DNA of 64,000 nucleotides from Phaeosaccion multiseriatum (taxonomy: Eukaryota; Protista; Ochrophyta, other classes): assembly GCA_965112735.1 (NCBI GenBank), contig OZ218952.1, forward strand, positions 3,658,001-3,722,000, written 5' to 3'. The translations under genes and the position numbers were made by a program. The notes under the pieces are model-generated. The model was given only the letters and a program-made list of their open reading frames with translations, searched no databases and was not told where the DNA came from. Shown here one piece after another: positions 37,822 to 49,022 of the stretch. The stretch's first letter is position 1, and every line of letters begins with the position of its first letter.

Positions 37822-40243
37822 GCGCCTCCTCCTCCTCCTCCTCCTCCTCCTCCTCCTCCTCCTCCTCCTCCTCCTCCTCCTCCTCCTCCTCCTCCTCCTC
37901 CTCCTCCTCCTCCTCCTCCTTCGTCACTCACTCACGCACACGCGCACTTACACACTCACTCACTCACGCACGCACGCACGCACTCACTCACTCACTCGGT
38001 CACGCACACGCGCACACGTGCACGTACACACTCGCTCACTTACTCACTCACTCACTCACTCGCGCACTTATGCACTCGCTCACTTCCTCACTCACTCACT
38101 CACTCAATCACTCACTCACTCAATCACTCACTCACAGAATCAATCACTCACACACTCACTCACACACACGCACTTGTGCACTCGCTCACTCAATCACTCA
38201 CTCAATCAATCACTCACACACTCACACACACACTCACACACTCACTCACTCACTCACTCACGCACACACGCACTTGTGCACTCGCTCACTCAATCACTCG
38301 CTCTCTCTCTCACTCACTCTCTCACTTACTCACGCGCGCACTCACTCACGCACGCACTCACTCACGCACTCACTCACGCACTCACTCACTCAATCACTCA
38401 ATCACTCCTTCACTCACTGACTCACTGACTCACTCACTCACTCACTCACTCACGCACACGCGCACTTATACACTCGCTCACTTATGCACTCGCTCACTCA
38501 CTCACTCACTCAAACAATCACTCACTCACTCACACTCACTCAATCACTCACTCAATCACTCACTCACGCACTCACGCACACGCGCACACGCCCACTTCTG
38601 GACTCGCTCACTCACCCACTCACTCACTCATTCATTCACTCAATCAATCACTCACACACTCACTCACACACACACACGCACTTGTGCAATCGCTTATTCA
38701 CTCACACAATCACTCACCCACTCACTCACTCACTTCCTCACTCACTCAATCACTCTTCCACTCACTCAATCACTCATTCACTCACTCACTCACTCACGCA
38801 CGCACGAACTCACTAACTCCCTCACTCACTCACGCACTCACTCACTCGCTCACTCAATCGTTCCCTCCCTCCCTCACTCACTCACTCACTCACTCACTCA
38901 CTCACTCACGACACACGCACATATGCAATCGCTCACTCACTCACGCATTCACTCACTCACTCACTCATGCACGCACGCACGCACTCATTCACTCACTCAC
39001 TCACTGACTCACTGACTCACTCACCCACTCACTCACGCACACGCGCACCTATGCACTCGCCCACTGACTCAGACCCTCACTCACTCACTCACTCACTCTC
39101 ACTCAATCACTTACGCACACACGCACGCACTCACTCACGCACTCACTCACTCACGCACACGCGCACCTATGCACTCCCTCACCCACTCACTCAATCACTC
39201 ACTCCCTCACTCACTCTCTCTCTCATTCACTCTCTCACTCACGCACGCACGATCTCACTAACTCCCTCACTCACTCACGCACTCACTCACTCACTCGCTC
39301 ACTCAATCTTTCCCTCCCTCACTCACTCTCACCCACTCACTCACTCAATCAATCAACCACTCACTCACTCACTCACGCATGCACGCATGCACGCACGCAC
39401 TCACTCACGCCCACGCGCACTTCTGCAGTTGCTAACTCACTCACTCACTCACTCACGACACACGCACATATGCAATCGCTCACTCACTCACGCATTCACT
39501 CACTCACTCACTCATGCACGCACGCACTCATTCACTCACTCACTCACTGACTTCACTAACTCACTCCCTCACTCCCTCATTCCCTCATTCATTCACTCGC
39601 CACGCACTCATTCACTCAAGCATACGCGCACTCATGCAATCTGTAGCGTCGGTGAACCTTCGCTAACTAACTGAGACTCACACTCTTCGTCTGGTTACTC
39701 CCACCCTTCGTAGGAGAGAGAGACGCCAAAATATTATGGATACTGTAGAACGAGAGTAGAGTTTATGAAACGGTGCCTCGGGTTTCCGATTTGGCATGAA
39801 CGAATGGCCTACTGCACACTTCGCCCACTCTTTCACTCACTCACGCACCCACTCACTCGCCCACTGACCCACTCACTCTCTTATTCCCGTACGCACTCAT
39901 TCACTCGCTCACTCACTCTTTCACTCACTCACGTACTCTCCAACCCATGCACACGCGCACTCGCCCATTCTTTCAACCACTCACTCGCACAGTCACTCGC
40001 TCGCTCACTTTCCGACCGACTCACGCACCAGCCCTTGCACTCATTCGCTCACTCACTCACTCACTCACTCACTCACTCACTCACTCACTCACTCACTCAC
40101 TCACTCACTCACTCACTCACTACGCACGCCCGCAGGCACGCACTTAGTCACTCGCTCGCTCACTTTCCCACCAACTCTCGCACCAACACTTGCCTCATTC
40201 ACTCACTCAATCACGCAGGCACGCACATACTCACTCACTCACC
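37822..40243. repeat. (CCT)n followed by two long degenerate (CACT)n/(GAGT)n arrays
   Basis: About 100 bp of (CCT)n, then CACT-based arrays at ~37925-39630 and ~39830-40243, with recurring ACGC variants. Confidence 0.95.
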
Positions 40244-41281
40244 CAACAGCCGCCGCCCCGAAGGCAGATTGTCCAGTCTCGAGCCGAAGAGCAACCTTCC
40301 CTGACCAGCCTGGAAGAGGAGTCTGCTGTTGTTGCTGGTGGTGCTGGTGGTGCTGGTGGTGGTGGTCCGCATCTCCTTTCCTCGTCTTGTTCCGTCTTGG
40401 AAATTCGATTCCATCCCCCCCCCATCTTTTTATTCGAAGTTGTGCACTTCGAAGGCGGCGGCAATAGCAGCAGCGCGAGCAGCGGAGGGGTCATGGCAAG
40501 TTTGGCACGAACACCTCGAGGACGGCACAGAGGGGCCATGATTGCTGTCAACGTCGCTGATCGTTTCCATTTCCAGCCTCTCCATCGACTAAGAGTCGCC
40601 AACACACTTTGGCGCCTCCTCCTCAACCTGTGCACTTCCTCCTCCTCTCCGCTCTCTTCCTGCCTCCTTCATACCATCCCCCTCTTCTTTACCGTTGCCT
40701 TCTTTCCCCCTCCTGTTTCCCGGCATGCTCGTGGATAACCTCTACACCAAACCCGTTGCATCGCGGGGCAAAACACCAACCCTTGCACAGCCCTCTATTG
40801 CCTTGGGAATCGCAGATTTCCGTGCCTTGGGAATCGCAGATTTCCGTGCTCAAAGTACTCCCGGAGGATAACGGTCGAAACTCCTCCGCAGAGTCTCCCG
40901 CTTTACCAAGATGTCTTTTCCAAAGGAAGAAGAGGACAGAAGACCTTCTGTATTCCACAGCCGCCACCACTCAATCTTTCTCTCCCTCTCCGTGATGCTG
41001 GCCGATGAGCCAAGGAGTATCACCGAGGAGGAAGATTATGACAAGAAGAAGGAGCAGGAGAAAGAAGGGGAGTGGATGTGCACGTGTTGGTACCCCAACC
41101 AAACTCACAGCTGATAACACAACACAGTCATAAATAAAGTCCGCCCGCGGCGCCGGCGGCTCTAAATACTCTACAGGGGCAGCTCTCGCTCTCGGAAAGA
41201 GGAAGAGCATTAGGGTAAATATAGCATAGGGGCACACCCCAATGGAAAGAGAGGTTTGAGAGCAGTAGAACGGCAGATACA

Positions 41282-42994
41282 ATGCTGATGATGAGAGCAA
41301 TGTCGTTGAGGGGAGTGGCCAGAGCGTGCTACTCCTCTTGCATTGGCAGGAATAGAAGAGGACCCGCGCCCGCAGTAGGAGGCACCGCTGCTGAACGGCG
41401 TGCCGACTCTTCTCTCCATCAGCAGAAGCAGCTGCTGCAGCAATGGTCCTGCTACTCTACTAGGGGAAGTGACAAGTCGAGGCAGATACGGCTCATGAGG
41501 GAGATCCAAGATCTGGGGAGGAGCAAAGACTGGAAGAGGGTGGCACCTACTCTGGAGCGCGCACGGCGAGAGGGCCTCAAGCCCAACCAGTACTGTTTGA
41601 ATGCTGCTATTTCCGCGATTGGGAAGTGCGGGCGGTGGAAGGGCGCTTTGGCTCTCTTGGCAGAGATGAAGGAGGAAGGCATCAGGCCAAACGTGATCAG
41701 CTACAACTCCACCATGAATGCATGCGCCAGGGCTAGCCAACATGTAGAGGCAATGGATTTACTGAGGGAGATGAAGGCAGAAGGACTCGCTCCCGATGCA
41801 ATCAGCTACAACGTCACCATTAATGCATGCGCCCGGGCCAGCCAACACGTGGAGGCAATGGGTTTACTGAGGGAGATGAAGGCAGAAGGACTCTCTCCCG
41901 ACGTAATCAGCTACTGCGCCACTATTAACGCATGCGCCAGGGCCAACCAACACGTGGGGGCATTGGAATTACTGAGGGAGATGAAGGCAGAAGGAGTCGC
42001 TCCCAGTCAAATCAGCTACAATGCAACAATTGGCGCTTGCGCCAAGGCCGGCCAACCCGTGGAGGCAATGGGCTTACTGAGGGAGATGAAGGCGGAAGGA
42101 CTCGCTCCGGATGTAATCAGCTACAGCTCCACCATTGACGCATTCGCTAAGGCCAAGAACCAACACGTGGAGGCATTGGTTTTACTGAGGGAGATGAAGG
42201 CGGAAGGACTCAAGCCAAATGTGATCAGCTACGGTGCAGCGATTACTGCATGTGGCAACGACAACAACAGCGTGGAGGCGCTGAACCTCTTAAGTGAGAT
42301 GAAAAAGGAAGGACTCTCTCCCAATGTGATAATATACAGTGCAGCAATTTCTGCATGTGGCAACGACAACCACAGCACGGAGGCCCTGATGCTATTCAGT
42401 GAGATGAAGGCGGCAGGTCTCAAGCCAGATGTGATCAGCTACAGTGCAGTGATTACAGCGTGTGGCAACGACAACCACGGCATGGAGGCCCTGATGCTAT
42501 TCAGTGAGATGAAGGCGGCGGGTCTCAAGCCAAATGTGATCAGCTACAATGCAGCGATTACTGCATGTGGCAACGACAACAACAGCGTGGAGGCCCTGAA
42601 GCTATTCAGTGAGATGAAGGCGGCGGGTCTCAAGCCAGATTTGATCAGCTACAGTGCAGCGATTGATGCTCTGCAGGAGGGAGGCGACGAGGAGGCTGCT
42701 GACGAGCTGTACGCAGAGGCCGTATCGAAAGGGTTCTTGAATCACTGGAAAAAACTGGGGCAGGAGATGGACTTGCACGCATTCACCAGGGGAACGAGCA
42801 AGGCAGCGCTTCGTCACGTGCTCTCAGTGGAGAAGGTGGAGGGTGAGATCATAGCAATCACAGGCGGCGAGGATGGCGACAGCGTTCTCAAGCCCGCTGT
42901 GCTGGCCTATTTGCAGGAGAGAGCAGGAGTGGAAGTGTGGGCAGACTATCACAACCCGGGGAGGGTGGTGATGCGGGTTAGTGGAGGGAAGTAG
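41282..42994 (+). CDS. PPR-SMR protein B (10 PPR repeats; SMR with 4-aa deletion in the TGRG loop), intronless
   Basis: Same architecture as A; the SMR reads MDLHAFT...IAITGGEDGDS instead of ITGRGR(R/G)SEDGVS. Confidence 0.92.
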   Translation: MLMMRAMSLRGVARACYSSCIGRNRRGPAPAVGGTAAERRADSSLHQQKQLLQQWSCYSTRGSDKSRQIRLMREIQDLGRSKDWKRVAPTLERARREGLKPNQYCLNAAISAIGKCGRWKGALALLAEMKEEGIRPNVISYNSTMNACARASQHVEAMDLLREMKAEGLAPDAISYNVTINACARASQHVEAMGLLREMKAEGLSPDVISYCATINACARANQHVGALELLREMKAEGVAPSQISYNATIGACAKAGQPVEAMGLLREMKAEGLAPDVISYSSTIDAFAKAKNQHVEALVLLREMKAEGLKPNVISYGAAITACGNDNNSVEALNLLSEMKKEGLSPNVIIYSAAISACGNDNHSTEALMLFSEMKAAGLKPDVISYSAVITACGNDNHGMEALMLFSEMKAAGLKPNVISYNAAITACGNDNNSVEALKLFSEMKAAGLKPDLISYSAAIDALQEGGDEEAADELYAEAVSKGFLNHWKKLGQEMDLHAFTRGTSKAALRHVLSVEKVEGEIIAITGGEDGDSVLKPAVLAYLQERAGVEVWADYHNPGRVVMRVSGGK

Positions 42995-43118
42995 CGGATG
43001 GAGTTCTGGCTTCCTGGCGGTGGCTCGGCTTTCTGATGGCACACCTTTTACATTTTGAATGTAAGATTGATGGCAACACCAGGATCCAACCGTGGCCTGG
43101 CTCCCACTCAAAACTCCT

Positions 43119-43154
<36 letters not shown>

Positions 43155-43622
43155 AACTGCTCTTCCATTCACTACTTTCCCTTCTGCTGCTTCTCTTCAG
43201 TTTGTTATTTTATTGATAGATCATAGAAGCTGAGGTTTGATGAGGTAGAGAAAAGTACCATATAGGAAACGAACGTGTGGAGTGCCATCGCCGCACCCCC
43301 GGGATTCTTGGCCTCTCTCCTGAAGTATAGAGAAGAAAAGAAAGCACAGAGCAGACAATATCAAGGTGAATGCCCGCGAGAGAGAGGGGTGTTACGAAGC
43401 TCTGTGCAGAGAAATCCATACCTGTTTTGGTAGTCTGACGGAGGCACGTTTCCTCTTGCTCTTCTTTCACATGATAAGTCGTGTGTTTGTCTTCTCCCTT
43501 CCTCTTTCTCACCCTTTCTTACTCCTCTCTACTTCTCCCGTTCTTCCTCCTACTCCTCCTCCTACTACGACTGCTGTTCTTGTCGTCCCTCGTCCGCACG
43601 CAAAAGGCAAGGGTGAGAGAGG

Positions 43623-45569
43623 ATGCTGCGAAGCGCTCTGGTCAAAGTCGGGGCGACGGCTGTCTGCAGGGGAGCAGGCCGGGCGGCAGCAGTCGCTAGA
43701 ACAGGGGCAGGAGCAGGAGCAGGATCCACAGCACGGGCATGCCGTGCTCAGGGTGAGTCGCTGAAGCTGCTTTCCCTTGAATAGGTCCACTCGTTTGCTC
43801 ACGACGCTCTCGTTTCCCCCTCTTGTCTGTGTAACCTCCTGCACTTACAGGTCGATGCATGTCCGGCCTGGTGGAGAAGCTGCAAAGCTCAATGACAGAT
43901 GTACCTTTGGCCGAGGCAGTGTGCTTCAAAAAGCATAACCTAAAGTTTACAAGAGCCGATATTACCAAGTGAGGAAGGTCTTGGGATGAAGGAGAATAAA
44001 CTGAGCTGCGGCCCTTAAGTCGCCCCCCATCCTAGTAACGCTCTTCCGAACACTTACTCACGCCATCACGCAATCGCGCACTCCCTTCCCTCTCCCATGC
44101 TCTCCCCTACTCTGCCTTCCCTCCCCTCAACTCTCTACGTAAAAGGTACGGAGACGCGGTGGCTTGCGGGCTCTTGGAGTTGGCCGTCCCCGGCGAAACA
44201 GTGGCCTCATTCTTAGGAGAGGGAACGGAGAAAAGCTTGATGCAGGTAAGAACAGAACCATAGCAAACCACACGTAGAGATTTGATGACTGGTGTCTGCC
44301 TCCTCATTAGGAAACGGTTTGGTTGTCCAGGAGAGGGCATACAGATGTAAATATGCCCTTCGGACGGCACCCCCCCTCTCCACTCGTACCACTCCTTCTG
44401 CATGGGTGGTAACCAACCAAACTATTCCCCCCTGTGTCTTCTTCAAGGCACCCCTCCCGCCCTCACCCACCCCTGTGTGGTTGCCCTCCTCTCCTCCTCC
44501 TCCTCCTCCTCCTCCTCCTCCTCCTCCTCCTCCTCCTCCTCCTCCTCCTCCTCCTCCTCCTCTTCCTCCTCCTCCTCCTCCCCCCCCTCTTCATCCTCAT
44601 CCTTCCCCCCCTCCCCCCCCGTCCTCCGCCTCTGTGCTGCGTCATGCGTGTCTCAGATTGCCGCTGCCAAGAGCGGACTAGTGCTGGCAGAAGCATCCCC
44701 CGCCATAGCTGCCAGCAAGGAGGGTATCGCCAAGGTTCTGCAGCAATCGAAGGCCGCTATTGTGCTGGTAGAAGCGGCAGGTGAGGAGCAGGAGCAGGAG
44801 GAAGAGGAGGCAGAGGAGGGGGAGGAGGAGGAGAGAAGAAGAAGAAGAAGAAGAAGAAGAAGGAGGAGGAGGAGGAGGAGGAGGAGGAGGAGAGGAGGAG
44901 GAGGAGTAAGGGGAGAGAAGGAAGAGGAGGAGCAGAAGGAGGAGAACAAGAAAGAGAAGGGATATCTGAATTTGTCGGTAGTCGCGGTGCCGCCACGCCT
45001 TGCACGTGAATCAACCCCCTCCCAACCCTCTCCCCTCCAAATCTCATCGATTTAATTTAACTCACAATTTGTTGCCTGCTTCGTCCCCCATCCATCACCC
45101 TCCTATCTTCCTACCCGCCTACCTACCCACCTACCTGTCTGCCTACTTGCCTACCTGCCTACCTACCTACGTACCTACCCACCTACTTATATTTCACCTA
45201 CACCCCTCCCCAGACGTGCCAATGCTCAAGGAGGCCGTGGCTGAGTTGAAGAGCTTTGACGACAAACTCGGCCTTCCTTTCCGATCGGAGGCGTTCCCAG
45301 GCCTCCGTGCTGCCGTTCACACGGGCTGGGACTCCCTCCCGGGTGTGACAAATTTCAAGCACATTCTCATATACGACCCCCAACCCGCGTCGCCCCTCAA
45401 GCCGCCGTCGGAGATTCCAGATACCACACCCTTGGCCATGCCCTTTTCGGGCTCGGGGAGCTCTCCGGCGGCGGCCAAGACGCTCACACACGCAGACGTT
45501 CTCAAGGGAGGGGGCAAAGCTTGGCCCACGGTGGCGGCTTTAGTAGACCACAAGTATATCGAGGTGTGA
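43623..45569 (+). CDS. Mitochondrion-targeted protein with a truncated AMP-binding (acyl-CoA synthetase N-terminal-like) domain, multi-exon
   Basis: Presequence-like MLRSALVKVGATAVCRGAGRAAAVAR; spliced exons PLAEAVCFKKHNLKFTRADITK|YGDAVACGLLELAVPGETVASFL..SLMQ|IAAAKSGLVLAE..|FRSEAFPGLRAAVHTGWD..TLTHADVL. Confidence 0.6.
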
Positions 45570-46504
45570 CGTCACGAGTGAATTTGTAAAAGGGAAAGAG
45601 GGGTGATGGCGTCCGCCCGTCGCTTTCTTTTTTTTCTCTTTTTTTTTGGGCATGAATATCGACGGGAAGCACGGCACGGCGGCGAAGGGGCTTTTTACCA
45701 CTCACCACCTTTCACAGCGGCAGAGGCGGAGCAGCAGAAGCAGCAGCAGCAGCAGCAGCGACAGCAGAAGTAGCAGCGGCACAGGCAGCAGCAGCAGCAG
45801 CAGCAGCAGCACATCTGCTCTTGATGTTGGGGCCGATTTGTATGTATGGGTAGGCTGGCGGGAAGAAGAAAAGAGTTGTCGGGGCTCTTAACAGCTTCGG
45901 CAGCATTTCAGCAGCAGAAGGGCAGCTCGCTCCGCGCTTCCGGGGACTCTGCGGCTTGCACACTAGCTGCCGCATCAATTCTATTCCGTCCTGCGTTGGC
46001 AACAGCAGCAGCAGCAGCAGCATCAGCAGGAGAGGCAGTAGTTGGTGACACGGCAGCAAGCAGGAGGGCGATGTTTACAAGGGGCGACAAGTTTCTGTGT
46101 TTGGGGGCTGTGTTTGGGGGCTGTCCTTGGCTCCAGCCCAGAGGGGTCGTGCTGCGGCAGTCGCCCCTCCCTTCAATATACATGCACATATTACGTAACT
46201 TACTGCGTCAGGGTCGTTTTAAATAAGAAGGATTGAAGGACACGTGTTTTTCTCCCCCCCCTCACCCCGCTCCCCGCTCATCGGCCAGCATCACGGCGAA
46301 TGAGGAGAGAAGGAGGAGACCCAAAAAAAAAAAAGGAATCACACCTATTAAGTCAATAAAGTCCGCCCGCGGCGGCCGGCGGCTCTAAATACTCTACAGG
46401 GGCGGCTCTCGCTCTCGGAAAGAGGAAGAGCATTAGGGTAAATATAGCATAGGGGCACACCCCAATGGAAAGAGAGGTTTGAGAGCAGTAGAACGGCAGA
46501 TACA

Positions 46505-48859
46505 ATGCTGATGATGAGAGCAATGTCGTTGAGGGGAGTGGCCAGAGCGTGCTACTCCTCTTGCATTGGCAGGAATAGAAGAGGACCCGCGCCCGCAGTA
46601 GGAGGCACCGCTGCTGAACGGCGTGCCGACTCTTCTCTCCATCAGCAGAAGCAGCTGCCGCAGCAATGGTCCTGCTACTCTACTGGGGGAAGTGACAAGT
46701 CGAGGCAGATACGGCTCATGAGGGAGATCCAAGATCTGGGGAGGAGCAAAGACTGGAAGAGGGTGGCACCTACTCTGGAGCGCGCACGGCGAGAGGGCCT
46801 CAAGCCCAACCAGTACTGTTTGAATGCTGCTATTTCCGCGATTGGGAAGTGCGGGCGGTGGAAGGGCGCTTTGGCTCTCTTGGCAGAGATGAAGGAGGAA
46901 GGCATCAGGCCAGACGCGATAAGCTACAGCTCCGCCATAAACGCATGCGCCAGGGCTAGCCAACATGTAGAGGCAATGGATTTACTGAGGGAGATGAAGG
47001 CACAAGGACTCGCTCCGGATGCAATCAGCCACAACGCCGCCATTAATGCATGCGCCAGGGCCAGCCAACACGTGGAGGCAATGGGTTTACTGAGGGAGAT
47101 GAAGGCAGAAGGACTTGCTCCCGATCATATCAGCTACAATACCACCATTTATGCATGCGCCAGAGCCAGCCAACACGTGGAGGCATTGGGTTTACTGAGG
47201 GAGATGAAGGCAGAAGGACTCGCTCCCGATCATATCAGCTACAATGCAGCCATTACTGCATGTGGCAAGGCCAACAACCAACACGTGGAGGCAATGGGCT
47301 TACTGAGGGAGATGAAGGGAGAAGGACTCACTCCCGATCATATCAGCTACAGCTCCACCATTGATGCATGCGCCAGAGCCAGCCAACACATGGAGGCAAT
47401 GGGTTTACTGAGGGAGATGAAGGGGGAAGGACTGGCTCCCAATACAATCAGCTACAACTCCACCATTAATGCATGCGCCAAGGCCAGCCAACACGTGGAG
47501 GCATTGGGTTTACTGAGGGAGATGAAGGCAGAAGGACTCACTCCCGACGTAATCAGCTACAGCTCCACCATTAACGCATGCGCCCGGGCCAGCCAACACG
47601 TAGAGGCATTGGGTTTACTGAGGGAGATGAAGGCACAAGGACTTGCTCCCGATACAGTCAGCTACAGTAATGCCATTTCTGCATGTGGCAATGACAACAA
47701 CAGCGTTGAGGCTCTGAAGCTGTGGAGTGAGATGAAGGCGGTAGGTCTCAAGCCAAATGTAATCAGCTACAGTGCAGCCATTACTGCATGTGGCAACGAC
47801 AACAACAGCGGGGAGGCCCTGAAGCTGTTGAGTGAGATGAAGACGGCAGGTCTCAAGCCAAATGAGATCAGCTACAGTGCAGCCATTACTGCGTGTGGCA
47901 ACGACAACAACAGCGTGGAGGCCCTGAAGTTACTGAGTGAGATGAAGGCGGCAGGATTCAAGCCTGATGTGATCAGCTACAGTGCAGCCATTACTGCGTG
48001 TGGCAACGACAACAACAGCGTGGAGGCCCTTAAGCTATTCAATGAGATGAAGGCGGCAGGACTCAAGCCTGAAGTGATCAGCTACAGTGCAGCCATTACT
48101 GCGTGTGGCAACGACAAGAACAGCGTGGAGGCCCTGAAGTTACTGAGTGAGATGAAGGCGGCAGGATTCAAGCCTGATGTGATCAGCTACAGTGCAGCCA
48201 TTACTGCGTGTGGCAACGACAACAACAGCGTGGAGGCCCTTAAGCTATTCAATGAGATGAAGGCGGCAGGACTCAAGCCTGAAGTGATCAGCTACAGTGC
48301 AGCCATTACTGCGTGTGGCAACGGCAAGAACAGCGGGGAGGCCCTGAAGTTACTGAGTGAGATGAAGGCGGCAGGATTCAAGCCTGATGTGATCAGCTAC
48401 AGTGCAGCCATTACTGCGTGTGGCAACGACAACAACAGCGTGGAGGCCCTTAAGCTATTCAATGAGATGAAGGCGGCAGGACTCAAGCCAAATGTGATCA
48501 GCTACAAAGCCGCTATTGACGCTTTGCAGGAGAGTGGCGACGAGGAGGCTGCTGACGAGCTGTACGCAGAGGCCGTATCACAAAGGGTCTTGAATCACTG
48601 GAAGAAAGGGGGGCAGGAGATGGACTTACACGACTTCAGCAGGGGAACGAGCAAGGCAGCGCTTCGTCACGTGCTCTCAGAGGCGAAGCCGGGGGCTGAG
48701 GTCAAAGTCATCACAGGCCGAGGCCGAGGTAGTGAGGACGGCGTCAGCGTTCTCAAGCCCGCGGTGCTGGCCTACTTGCAGGAGAGGCCGGGCGTCGAAG
48801 CATGGGAAGACGAACGCAACCCGGGGAGGGTGGTGATGCGGGTCAGTGGTGGTAAGTAG
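46505..48859 (+). CDS. PPR-SMR protein C (16 PPR repeats plus intact SMR), intronless
   Basis: Same architecture; SMR MDLHDFS...VITGRGRGS...NPGRVV; 5' region almost identical to gene B. Confidence 0.92.
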   Translation: MLMMRAMSLRGVARACYSSCIGRNRRGPAPAVGGTAAERRADSSLHQQKQLPQQWSCYSTGGSDKSRQIRLMREIQDLGRSKDWKRVAPTLERARREGLKPNQYCLNAAISAIGKCGRWKGALALLAEMKEEGIRPDAISYSSAINACARASQHVEAMDLLREMKAQGLAPDAISHNAAINACARASQHVEAMGLLREMKAEGLAPDHISYNTTIYACARASQHVEALGLLREMKAEGLAPDHISYNAAITACGKANNQHVEAMGLLREMKGEGLTPDHISYSSTIDACARASQHMEAMGLLREMKGEGLAPNTISYNSTINACAKASQHVEALGLLREMKAEGLTPDVISYSSTINACARASQHVEALGLLREMKAQGLAPDTVSYSNAISACGNDNNSVEALKLWSEMKAVGLKPNVISYSAAITACGNDNNSGEALKLLSEMKTAGLKPNEISYSAAITACGNDNNSVEALKLLSEMKAAGFKPDVISYSAAITACGNDNNSVEALKLFNEMKAAGLKPEVISYSAAITACGNDKNSVEALKLLSEMKAAGFKPDVISYSAAITACGNDNNSVEALKLFNEMKAAGLKPEVISYSAAITACGNGKNSGEALKLLSEMKAAGFKPDVISYSAAITACGNDNNSVEALKLFNEMKAAGLKPNVISYKAAIDALQESGDEEAADELYAEAVSQRVLNHWKKGGQEMDLHDFSRGTSKAALRHVLSEAKPGAEVKVITGRGRGSEDGVSVLKPAVLAYLQERPGVEAWEDERNPGRVVMRVSGGK

Positions 48860-49022
48860 GCTGGCAAGATGGGGGAATTGCGGTGGCACTCTACCCCCGC
48901 ATACCACAGCTGGAGGCCGTAGACCCAAGTTGTCCACATTGGATCCCACAGCTCGTGGCCCACATGCCACACCTTCCCTGCCCTGCTAACAACAGTACTA
49001 TTTACAATTACTTTTTTTTTAC

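Noticed and set aside
37796-40304. Long His/Ser/Leu/Thr-rich ORFs (THSL repeats)
   Set aside because: Translation artefacts of the (CACT)n microsatellite.
40801-40848. 24-bp tandem duplication ccttgggaatcgcagatttccgtg x2 (similarly gagctactca x4 near 32737 and gagtacaaaagcattt x2 near 37501)
   Set aside because: Isolated slippage duplications with no further structure.
45700-46230. Short ORFs on both strands in a GCA-rich stretch
   Set aside because: Low complexity, with no recognisable domain or convincing splice structure.
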